IMG/VR virus record: IMGVR_UViG_3300020039_000041
Reading direction: 5' to 3' (one strand)
Source of the DNA: a virus
DNA length: 39,768 nt
Numbering within the stretch: position 1 is the first letter of the stretch; each line of letters begins with the position of its first letter. Positions 32,206-39,768 of the stretch are shown here, one piece after another. The position numbers and the translations under genes are program-made. The notes beneath the pieces were generated by a model. It had not been told where the DNA came from, did not search any database, and was given only the letters and a program-made list of their open reading frames with translations.

Positions 32206-34278
32206 ATGGATATTCGTATTATTTCCCTCAAAATTCAAAATTTCAAAGGCATACAGGACCGGACGTTCGAGTTCGGCGGCGCAAATGCAAACATCGTCGG
32301 CGAAAACGGCCTCGGCAAGTCGACAATCTTTGACGCGTTCACGTGGTTGTTGTTCGGCAAGGACCACCGGAACACCGTTCAAAACAAGTTCGAAATCGTA
32401 CCAATCGACCCGGCGACCGGGGAACAGGTCCACCACCTCGAAACCCTCGTCGAGGCCGAACTCTCGACCGACGGCGTCAAAACAACCCTCCGCCGTGTTT
32501 GGCGTGAAACGTGGTCCCGCGCAAAGTCGACCGTCGAATCCAAATTGACGGGTCACGAATCGTTGTTCTATGTTAACGGCGTGAACGTCGACACCCTCGA
32601 GAATTACAACAAGTTTATCGGCGAACTTGTCGACGAAAAGATTTTCCGCCTCATTACCGACCCGTTGTTTTTCATCGGCGATACGACCGACAAAAAGGCC
32701 CGCCGCGAGGCCCTGTTAACCCTCGTCGGGGACTCAATCGACAAGGCCGCAATCCGCGAGAAATACGCCGGGATTATTGCCAAAATGAACGGGGAGGATA
32801 TTGTCACGTTCCGCAAACGTATTGCGTCCGAAAAACGCGACATCAAACGCGACCTCGCCGCCTGTGACCCGCAAATCTCCGCTTATACGGATTCCCTCCC
32901 GGCCCCGGAGGATTACGACGCCCTCGCAAAGGAAATCGACACCCTCGCGGCAAAGACCGACAAGGAACTCGCCGACGTACAGGCCGAAATAAAACAGGTC
33001 GACGAATCTATCGCCGACATCCGCAAGGCCGACAACCTCGCCGCCGGGGAAATCTCCCGGAAACGTCAACAGGTATCCGAACTCCGACTCAAGGCCCGAA
33101 AACTCATTGACGACCGTTTCGCCGAGGTTCAATCCCGGAATTACGAAATCGGTTCCGCCGCCCGGACCGCCACCCTCAAGGTGGAACAGTTGGACCGCAA
33201 GATTGCCGACGCAAACGCGACCCTCGAGAACATCCGTTCCGGTATCGAGTCCGCAAAGGCCGAACGCGCCTCAATCGAGGCAAAGGTCGAGGGAATCAAA
33301 CAGTCAATCGCGGCCGTCAAGACCCGCGCGTTCGAGTACAACGGGGAAACCGTGTGTCCCGCTTGCGGACAACCCCTCCCGGCCGAGAACATCGAACACG
33401 CCCGCGAGGTCGCCCTCGAACATTTCACCGCCGACAATCAACAGGAAATCGACCGCCTCCGGAAATCTGCGTTGTCCTTGCAACCTCGATACGACACCCT
33501 CGGGGCCGACATCAACAACGCCTCCGCCCGTATCGAACTAATCGAGGCCGAACTTGTCAAGACCCGCGCCGCCCGCGAGGAGGCCGAACAGGAACGCACA
33601 ACCGCCGCCGCGACGCCCACCCTCAAGACGGACGGAATCGAACAGGCCGTCAAGACATCCCCGGAATACGTCGCCCTCGAGGAGGAAATCGCCCGAATCG
33701 AGGCCGAAATCGGTTCCCCGGTAACGACCGACGTTTCCGGCCTGTTATCCAAACGCCGCGAACTCGAGTCGAAACAGGACGTTATCCGCAAGGCGTACAC
33801 CGCCGACGTTGACCCCCTCAAAAAACGCCTCGCCCGCCGGGAGGAGGCCGACCGTATCAAGGCGAAAATCGCCGCAAAGGAGGAGGACAAACAAAGGTTC
33901 ACCGAACGCCTCGCCGAACTCGAACAAATGGAATTCGACGCGGCCGAGTATGTCCGCGAGGATATATCCGCCGTCGAGGGCGCAATCAACGCCCGTTTCA
34001 AGATTGCCCGGTTCCGTATGTTCGACACCCTCGTAAACGGGGACGTCGTCGAGGATTGTACCGTTATGGACGCAAACAACGTCCCGTACGGGTCAATGAA
34101 CGACGCAAAACGAATCCTCGTCGGAATGGACGTAATCGCGGCCTTTTGCGAGGCGTACGGCGTGAACGCACCGATATTTGTTGACAACGCCGAATCAATC
34201 ACCGTGTCCCGGTTCGACGTCGCGTCGCAAGTTATCCGCCTCTCGGTCGTCAAGGGCGCGGACCTCACAATCGAATAA
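32206..34278 (+). CDS. Rad50/SbcC-like SMC-family ATPase with a zinc hook
   Basis: 690 aa, from the ATG at 32206. Walker A is GENGLGKST. Long coiled coils flank CPACGQPL, and the C-terminus carries the Walker B/D-loop PIFVDNAES. Confidence 0.8.
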   Translation: MDIRIISLKIQNFKGIQDRTFEFGGANANIVGENGLGKSTIFDAFTWLLFGKDHRNTVQNKFEIVPIDPATGEQVHHLETLVEAELSTDGVKTTLRRVWRETWSRAKSTVESKLTGHESLFYVNGVNVDTLENYNKFIGELVDEKIFRLITDPLFFIGDTTDKKARREALLTLVGDSIDKAAIREKYAGIIAKMNGEDIVTFRKRIASEKRDIKRDLAACDPQISAYTDSLPAPEDYDALAKEIDTLAAKTDKELADVQAEIKQVDESIADIRKADNLAAGEISRKRQQVSELRLKARKLIDDRFAEVQSRNYEIGSAARTATLKVEQLDRKIADANATLENIRSGIESAKAERASIEAKVEGIKQSIAAVKTRAFEYNGETVCPACGQPLPAENIEHAREVALEHFTADNQQEIDRLRKSALSLQPRYDTLGADINNASARIELIEAELVKTRAAREEAEQERTTAAATPTLKTDGIEQAVKTSPEYVALEEEIARIEAEIGSPVTTDVSGLLSKRRELESKQDVIRKAYTADVDPLKKRLARREEADRIKAKIAAKEEDKQRFTERLAELEQMEFDAAEYVREDISAVEGAINARFKIARFRMFDTLVNGDVVEDCTVMDANNVPYGSMNDAKRILVGMDVIAAFCEAYGVNAPIFVDNAESITVSRFDVASQVIRLSVVKGADLTIE

Positions 34279-34289
34279 ACCCTCAAGAT

Positions 34290-34625
34290 ATGGACCTCCT
34301 CGAACTCGCCCGGACCAATCCGGAAATAACAATATCAATCCGCCTCGGCGACCTGTTGACCGCCGCCCGGACGATTATTGCGGACACCCGCGCCGAATTG
34401 GAACAGGCGGTCGCCGCCTCGAACTCGGATTTCCTTATTCCCCGGGAGGACGTCGCGCAAATGTTACGCGTCGACGAATCCACGTTGTACCGTTGGGAAA
34501 AGGAATACGGGTATTTACTCCCGGTCCGGAGGGGTTCGAGGGTCTTTTATAAGAACTCCGATATTCAACCAATACTCAACGGGACGAAACCCCGTCCCTC
34601 AAAGGTCACACACATTCAAAAATAA
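34290..34625 (+). CDS. MerR/excisionase-type HTH protein (Xis candidate)
   Basis: 111 aa. Contains REDVAQMLRVDESTLYRWEKEYGYLLPVRRGSRVFYKNSDI. Confidence 0.55.
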   Translation: MDLLELARTNPEITISIRLGDLLTAARTIIADTRAELEQAVAASNSDFLIPREDVAQMLRVDESTLYRWEKEYGYLLPVRRGSRVFYKNSDIQPILNGTKPRPSKVTHIQK

Positions 34626-34631
34626 CTCATT

Positions 34632-35582
34632 ATGTCGAACAAACCCGCATTGACACTCGACCAATTGGCCGTGGTTAACAAAAACAAGATTGAACAGGCC
34701 GTAACGAACAAAATTGCGGCAATGTCACAGGCCGGAGGAATCCGGATTCCTCAAGGATTCCACCCGGGAAACGAAATTTCCCTCGCCCTCCTCGAACTCT
34801 CGGAACGCAAGGAAAAGGACGGAACCCCGACCCTCGCCGTCGTGGAGTCCTCGTCCGTCGCGCAATCCCTGTTCCGAATGTGTATCCTCGGATTATCACT
34901 CGCGAGGAAACAATGTTCGTTCATCCGGTACGCAAACAAACTCACATTTCAACCGCAATATCACGGTAATATTGCCCTTGCAAAACGCCTCGGAGGGGCC
35001 GGGCAACCCCGCGCACAGGTTATTTACGAGGGCGACGAGTTCGAGTACATTATCGACACCAAAACCGGAAACAAGGTCGTCACGAAACACGTTCAAAAAC
35101 TCCAAAACATCGACAACGCAAAGATTGTCGGCGCGTGGTGTTTGATTCCGTACGAGAACGACCCGGAACGTCAACCGTACGTCGAGGTTATGACCCGCGA
35201 CGAAATATTGACCGCGTGGCAACAGGGACCCACGGCGGGCAAATCCCCGGCACACCTCAAGTTCACGCAAGAAATGTCTAAAAAGACGGTTATTAACCGC
35301 GCGTGTAAACTCTTTATTACGGCCTCCGACGAGTCCGGAATGTACGAGTCGTACACCAACAACGACAACGACCTCACAAAGGACGCCCCGGACGAACAAC
35401 CCGGAGAAACAATCGAGGTCAACCTCGACGCCCTCGACGAGGGAAAGGTCGAACAGGCCGTCAAGGACGCCCCGGTCGTCGCCGACAAGGAAACGGGCGA
35501 GGAAACCGCCGCGCCCGCGCCGACTCCGGCGGCCGAATCCCCGGCCCCGGCCGAACAGGGTTCCGGATTGTTCAACCTGTAA
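34632..35582 (+). CDS. recT: RecT-family single-strand annealing recombinase
   Basis: 316 aa. Contains SVAQSLFRMCILGLSLARKQCSFIRYANKLTFQPQYHGNIALAKR...VINRACKLFI and an acidic/Pro-rich tail. Confidence 0.75.
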   Translation: MSNKPALTLDQLAVVNKNKIEQAVTNKIAAMSQAGGIRIPQGFHPGNEISLALLELSERKEKDGTPTLAVVESSSVAQSLFRMCILGLSLARKQCSFIRYANKLTFQPQYHGNIALAKRLGGAGQPRAQVIYEGDEFEYIIDTKTGNKVVTKHVQKLQNIDNAKIVGAWCLIPYENDPERQPYVEVMTRDEILTAWQQGPTAGKSPAHLKFTQEMSKKTVINRACKLFITASDESGMYESYTNNDNDLTKDAPDEQPGETIEVNLDALDEGKVEQAVKDAPVVADKETGEETAAPAPTPAAESPAPAEQGSGLFNL

Positions 35583-35594
35583 TCGTTCCGGAGT

Positions 35595-36344
35595 ATGAAA
35601 TTACACGTAATCGCGACCGGGTCGTCCGGTAACTGTTACGTCCTCGAGGGGACAACGTCCGCCCTCGTTATCGAGGCGGGCGTATCCCCGGAAAAGGTGT
35701 TCCAACGGGTCCGTATGTCGACCCGCAAAATCGCCGGGGTTATCATTACCCACGAACACGGCGACCACGCGGGATTTATACACCGTTGGTTGGTCCTCGG
35801 GTTCCGGGTCTATATGTCCGCCGGGACCCGGGAGGCCCTCCGCCTCAACGATTCCCGCCTCGTCGACATCCTCAAGGCGTGGACCGCGTATTCCCTCGGC
35901 GCGTTCTCGGTCCGGCCGTTCCCGGCCGTCCACGACGCCGCCGAACCCCTTTCGTTCATTATCGACTCGGAGGAATCCGGGCGAATCCTGTTCGCGACCG
36001 ATACCGGGCGAATCGGGTATTCGTTCCGGACGGGTAACATCCGACACCTCGTCGTCGAGGCGAATTACTCCGATTCCCTCATTAACGACGGCCTCAACCG
36101 GGGAACCCTGTTCCCGGCCCTTGCAAAACGTATCCGGGAGAATCATTTATCCCTCGAACGTTGCCGGGAGTTCGTACAGGAACACAACACCGCCGCCCTC
36201 GAGAACGTCGTTTTGATTCATTTGTCGGGCGACAACGCCGACCCGGGGATATTCCGCGATACAATCGCGAAAACGGCCCCGTACGCGAACGTTTGTGTCG
36301 CGGTCAAGGATTTAGTCGTCCCGCTTAATAAACTCTCAATATAG
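35595..36344 (+). CDS. Metallo-beta-lactamase-fold hydrolase/nuclease
   Basis: 249 aa. Has the HxHxDH motif VIITHEHGDHAG. Confidence 0.8.
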   Translation: MKLHVIATGSSGNCYVLEGTTSALVIEAGVSPEKVFQRVRMSTRKIAGVIITHEHGDHAGFIHRWLVLGFRVYMSAGTREALRLNDSRLVDILKAWTAYSLGAFSVRPFPAVHDAAEPLSFIIDSEESGRILFATDTGRIGYSFRTGNIRHLVVEANYSDSLINDGLNRGTLFPALAKRIRENHLSLERCREFVQEHNTAALENVVLIHLSGDNADPGIFRDTIAKTAPYANVCVAVKDLVVPLNKLSI

Positions 36345-36351
36345 GCAAGAA

Positions 36352-37302
36352 ATGGACGGTTGGGTCAAATTATATCGTCGGTTCCTCAATTGGCAATGGT
36401 TCTCACGGCCGGAAATGGTGCAAATATTTATTTACATCCTGTTGTCGGCCGCGCATAAGGACCACGTTTGGCAATCGGTCAATATCCGCCGGGGCGAGTT
36501 CCCGACGAGTGTTGACTCGCTTGTCCGGGCGACCGGATTAACAACCCAACAGGTGAGGACGTGTTTGTCCCGACTCGAACGCACCGGAGAAATTGTCCGA
36601 AAACCAACAAACAAATTCACAATCATAAGTGTTTGTAATTTCGACGATTACCAATCCGACGAGGACACCGAACAACAAACAAACAACAAACAAGTAACAA
36701 ACAAACAACAATCAACTAACAATCAAATAACAACACTTGGAGAATGTAAGAACGGGAATAATGGAAATAGCGAAACAACAATAACAACAACAACGTTAAA
36801 TTCTCAAAATAACGCGGGCGCGGGTTTTTCGTTCTCGAGGTTGAGTCCCGAGGAACAGGCCGCCGAGAAACGCGATTTTTACCGGGCGTTTTTCTTTGCA
36901 AACGGCGTCGCGCCGTCAAAACAGGTCGACGCGTTCATCCGACACAACGAACGGTTCGCGTGGACCACGAAATCCGGCATTACCTTTTGGACCCGGGAAC
37001 AACGACTCGCCCTCGCCGAGGGTTATTGCGCGGACCCGGATTTCAAGACCTGTTTGTCAAATGAAATCGGAATCGTCAAGGCGATATACGACCGTTTGGC
37101 AAAGGCCGGGAGGCCGGAGGCCGAATCCCTCCTCAAGGACGGCGTCGGCGCACAATGTAACGGACCCGCCCACGTTGTTACGTTGTTCATTCCCCGCGAC
37201 GTCGCGAGTTACTTATCGACCGACGCGCCCGACATCCTCCCGACAATCATTAACGACCAATGGACGGTAACGATTGTTAACAAGAAAATGACAAAGAAAT
37301 GA
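36352..37302 (+). CDS. Replication initiator / replisome-organiser-like protein
   Basis: 316 aa. The N-terminal winged-helix pattern is WVKLYRRFLNWQWFSRPEMVQIFIYILLSAAH...TGLTTQQVRTCLSRLERTGEI, followed by a Q/N/T-rich linker. Confidence 0.6.
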   Translation: MDGWVKLYRRFLNWQWFSRPEMVQIFIYILLSAAHKDHVWQSVNIRRGEFPTSVDSLVRATGLTTQQVRTCLSRLERTGEIVRKPTNKFTIISVCNFDDYQSDEDTEQQTNNKQVTNKQQSTNNQITTLGECKNGNNGNSETTITTTTLNSQNNAGAGFSFSRLSPEEQAAEKRDFYRAFFFANGVAPSKQVDAFIRHNERFAWTTKSGITFWTREQRLALAEGYCADPDFKTCLSNEIGIVKAIYDRLAKAGRPEAESLLKDGVGAQCNGPAHVVTLFIPRDVASYLSTDAPDILPTIINDQWTVTIVNKKMTKK

Positions 37303-37571
37303 CACCCGAACAAAAGTACATCCTCGAGGCCGTCGCCCGTGTCCGGGACGAAAAACGCGAGAAACGCCGAATTCCGACGTTTTGCCTCGGAAACGAGTTA
37401 TCCCACCAACTCGGACCCGAACGTTCAAAGACGGCCGCCGCAACCCTCAAGGAATTGGAATCCGAGGGACTCGTCCGAACCGGGAGGGCGGTTAACGACT
37501 ATTACGTCGAAATCGTCGACCCGGAGGACGCCCCGGAAACCGAACCCAACGAAACAAGTTCAACCCAATAA
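37299..37571 (+). CDS. Small winged-helix-like protein
   Basis: 90 aa, ATGA-coupled. Contains AATLKELESEGLVRTGR. Confidence 0.5.
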   Translation: MTPEQKYILEAVARVRDEKREKRRIPTFCLGNELSHQLGPERSKTAAATLKELESEGLVRTGRAVNDYYVEIVDPEDAPETEPNETSSTQ

Positions 37572-37583
37572 CAACACAAAACA

Positions 37584-38003
37584 ATGATTGAAAATTTCGA
37601 CCTGTTCTCGTCCGTCGAGAACAACCCCGGGAAAAAGACCCGGACCGGAAACCTCAAAGACAACGAGGTTCAAATTATGTGCAACCTCAAGACCCGGAAT
37701 TATTATGTCCGGTTCAACCGTCCCCTCGCCGCCCTCCTCGAGGAAAAGGGGTTCGGGTCGTCGTTCCCCGTGTTCAACAACATAACCGGGGAAATATACC
37801 TCGTATTCACGGCCGACCCCGAAAAGGGATACCCGTTGACGACCAACGGCGGGACGTGTCGTAATTACATTTTCTCCCGCGAACTAATCGAGTGGTTACT
37901 CGGGAACCGAGGCCGCAAGGTCGAGGACGTCAACGAGGTTTGGAACATATCCGGCGACGTGTCGATTTCCCCGGCCCTCGTCGCCGTTCGAATCGAAAAG
38001 TAA
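37584..38003 (+). CDS. Hypothetical protein
   Basis: 139-aa ORF with typical codon usage. Confidence 0.55.
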   Translation: MIENFDLFSSVENNPGKKTRTGNLKDNEVQIMCNLKTRNYYVRFNRPLAALLEEKGFGSSFPVFNNITGEIYLVFTADPEKGYPLTTNGGTCRNYIFSRELIEWLLGNRGRKVEDVNEVWNISGDVSISPALVAVRIEK

Positions 38004-38012
38004 TCCCGGCGT

Positions 38013-38273
38013 ATGGAACAGGAACGGCGCAATTATAAGTTTGCCGAACAGGGCCGCCCGGACTCGGTCGTTCATACCACAATGGAACGGGCAATCGAAA
38101 TCGCCCGCGACCGAGTCCTCAACCGCCGGACCGAGGTTGTCCTTTCCGCCGAATGTCCGGTCGACTCCGGGCGGTTTATCCGCCTCGGAACGCACGTTTA
38201 CCTCCCCGAACGTGACGGGGAACGTTTTATCCTCTCAATACCGAAAATCCCGAAAAACATTATCGAATTATGA
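38013..38273 (+). CDS. Hypothetical protein
   Basis: 86-aa ORF. Confidence 0.5.
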   Translation: MEQERRNYKFAEQGRPDSVVHTTMERAIEIARDRVLNRRTEVVLSAECPVDSGRFIRLGTHVYLPERDGERFILSIPKIPKNIIEL

Positions 38274-38449
38274 AAGTCTTGTTAATCATTCTCGCAATCC
38301 TCGCGGTCGTCGTTGGACTGTTTGTTTTCTCGATTATGTACGTCGCCCTCGTCCTGTACGTGGAGAATCTCCCGGACAACGATAAGGAACAGGGCGACGA
38401 GTATTTCCTCGGCCGACGCCGGGAGGACATCGAGAACGACAACGTATGA
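38270..38449 (+). CDS. Small single-pass membrane protein (59 aa; below the ORF-track cutoff)
   Basis: Translated by hand as MKVLLIILAILAVVVGLFVFSIMYVALVLYVENLPDNDKEQGDEYFLGRRREDIENDNV. ATGA overlaps at both ends. Confidence 0.5.
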   Translation: MKVLLIILAILAVVVGLFVFSIMYVALVLYVENLPDNDKEQGDEYFLGRRREDIENDNV

Positions 38450-38601
38450 ACAGGAAACCGCGCCGTTGCGACAATTGCCGATTCTCGGTCCCGTACACCC
38501 CGGGCGACGTCCTCGGGTGTTTGTCCCGTGGGTGTATCACGGACCCGGAGAACAGTTGCGAGGCGCATAAATTCAAACCCGGTAAATCCAAAAGCAAATG
38601 A
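38446..38601 (+). CDS. Small Cys-rich (zinc-ribbon-like) protein (51 aa; below the ORF-track cutoff)
   Basis: Translated by hand as MNRKPRRCDNCRFSVPYTPGDVLGCLSRGCITDPENSCEAHKFKPGKSKSK. ATGA overlaps at both ends. Confidence 0.45.
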   Translation: MNRKPRRCDNCRFSVPYTPGDVLGCLSRGCITDPENSCEAHKFKPGKSKSK

Positions 38602-38861
38602 AAGATTCAACAGTTACCCCCCCCCGAATTCAAATTGAAATCACCCCGGAGGAACTCGACACCCTTTGCGCGGGCCTCGGCAAGTTGCGGAAAAAGATTG
38701 TCGACCGGATTAAATGCAACCGTCGACACCTCGCAACCCTCGAGGAAACCCGCGAGTCCGCCCGGGTTGCGGCCGCGATTAACCGACATATCCGACACAA
38801 TACCGAACGCGTCGAGGAGGTCGACGCCCTGTTACTCAAACTAAACAACATCGAACAATGA
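38598..38861 (+). CDS. Hypothetical protein
   Basis: 87-aa ORF, ATGA-coupled. Confidence 0.5.
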   Translation: MKDSTVTPPRIQIEITPEELDTLCAGLGKLRKKIVDRIKCNRRHLATLEETRESARVAAAINRHIRHNTERVEEVDALLLKLNNIEQ

Positions 38862-39085
38862 CCGTTAATGAACTAATACAACAACTCCAATCCCTCCCGG
38901 AAAACGAACGGGAATACCCCGTCGCCCTATTGGGGAATGATTACACAATCGTTCGCCCCCTGTGGGTTGGGTTTCAAAATATCCGGTACGATTCCGACGA
39001 GGTCCCGGCCGACGTCGCGAATCTTGCGTTCCCGTCCGGTTGCCCGGGCGAGGTATTTGTCCCTTTTGTCCTTATCCGCAAATGA
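38858..39085 (+). CDS. Hypothetical protein
   Basis: 75-aa ORF, ATGA-coupled. Confidence 0.5.
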   Translation: MTVNELIQQLQSLPENEREYPVALLGNDYTIVRPLWVGFQNIRYDSDEVPADVANLAFPSGCPGEVFVPFVLIRK

Positions 39086-39744
39086 ACCCGCGTTCCGAAA
39101 TATACAACGTCGATTGCCTCGAGTATATGCGAACACTCCCGGACAACGCGTTCGACCTCGCCGTTGTCGACCCGCCGTATGGAATCAACGCGGGAAAAAT
39201 GACAATGGGAATCGGAACGCGCCGGACGTATTCTCGCGACAAAGATTGGGACGCCGGAGTCCCCGGCCCGGAGTATTTCGAACAGTTATTCCGCGTGGCC
39301 CGTGAACAAATAATTTGGGGCGGAAATTACTTTCAACTCCCGTTGTCTGAGGATTGGATTGTTTGGGACAAAATGAATTACGGACGGTCCTTTTCCGAGG
39401 CGGAATTCGCGTGGTGTTCGATACATCGAAAAATACGCGTTTTCCGGTTCCGTACGACAACACCCGTCGAGGGCGGCAAGATTCACCCGACACAAAAACC
39501 CGTGGAGTTGTACACGTGGATTTTGTCAAATTATGCACGGGGGGGGTCACGGATATTCGATTCTCACCTCGGGTCCGGGGCCTCAAGAATCGCCGCGTAT
39601 CAACTCGGAATGGATTTCGTCGGTTGCGAATTGGACCCGGATTATTTCCGCGCCTCGGACGAGTGGTTCAACCGCGTTTGTCGAGGAATCGTCGTCGACG
39701 CGGCCGGGAATCAAACGCAACAATTAAACCTCTTTGACGTATGA
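39082..39744 (+). CDS. DNA methyltransferase, beta-class N6A/N4C (DPPY)
   Basis: 220 aa, from the ATG at 39082 within ORF 38962-39744. Motif IV is VVDPPYG, followed by HPTQKP, then motif I, FDSHLGSGAS. This motif order (IV before I) is that of the beta class. Confidence 0.88.
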   Translation: MNPRSEIYNVDCLEYMRTLPDNAFDLAVVDPPYGINAGKMTMGIGTRRTYSRDKDWDAGVPGPEYFEQLFRVAREQIIWGGNYFQLPLSEDWIVWDKMNYGRSFSEAEFAWCSIHRKIRVFRFRTTTPVEGGKIHPTQKPVELYTWILSNYARGGSRIFDSHLGSGASRIAAYQLGMDFVGCELDPDYFRASDEWFNRVCRGIVVDAAGNQTQQLNLFDV

Positions 39745-39768
39745 AACAGGAAACAATGACGGCGGCCG
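39670..39768. repeat. Terminal direct repeat, copy 2 (identical to 1-99)
   Basis: Exact 99-nt match to the window start. Confidence 0.9.

Larger units (their letters stand above)
1..39768. mobile_element. Complete temperate tailed-phage genome (circularly closed assembly)
   Basis: Terminase, capsid protease, capsid, tape measure, fibres, lysis cassette, tyrosine integrase, CI-type repressor operon and recombination/replication genes are all present. The two ends are 99-bp identical. Confidence 0.9.

Noticed and set aside
36660-36810. An A-rich, AAC-codon-rich tract that looks superficially like a second DGR template repeat
   Set aside because: I found no cognate VR-like copy elsewhere, and the tract lacks the invariant ggttcgtcccgtttccg 3' block. 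It encodes a Q/N/T-rich linker. It is treated as an ori/iteron candidate instead.

Overview
The window is a complete temperate tailed-phage genome. The first and last 99 nt are identical, leaving about 39.67 kb of unique sequence, which fits a circular or circularly permuted assembly. The host is probably a GC-rich member of the Bacteroidota. This is an inference from TAnnTTTG -7 promoter boxes, A-rich leaders without Shine-Dalgarno sequences, a Bacteroides-type tyrosine integrase and CI-type HTH repressors ending in a W-L-x-x-G-x-G motif. About 60 tightly packed genes lie on the + strand, many joined by ATGA stop/start overlaps. The only exception is a 3-gene lysogeny operon on the - strand (28702-29782). 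Module map: VRR-NUC nuclease (72-635); small and large terminase (1120-3126); tail and baseplate-like genes including an LRR adhesin and the tape measure (3134-11473); a Mor-like activator (11486-11728); head genes with a ClpP-type protease/scaffold, capsid and a putative portal (11825-17433); two paralogous fibres (17446-19469); a diversity-generating retroelement (DGR; 19482-22788); the lysis cassette (23031-24778); the integrase (25179-26510); accessory genes of unknown function (26785-28594); the CI/lipoprotein/HTH operon; and an early operon (29954-39744) encoding a PAPS-reductase-like enzyme, a second DGR target, regulators, a Rad50-like ATPase, RecT, an MBL nuclease, a replication initiator, small proteins and a DNA methyltransferase. 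Main points of interest: (1) the DGR has two variable regions, one on the fibre-module receptor-binding protein and one about 10 kb away on a small protein without a signal peptide inside the early operon; (2) on my manual read GATC, AGCT, CATG and CTAG do not occur anywhere in the genome, although other tetranucleotide palindromes are abundant; (3) two late operons share a 19/20-identical dyad promoter element next to a Mor-like activator gene; (4) the lysogeny operon includes a lipoprotein and has repeated TTCCGAA-N7-TTCGGAA operators. I recognised no rRNA, tRNA or CRISPR array. All functional calls come from reading motifs by eye; no database search was possible.
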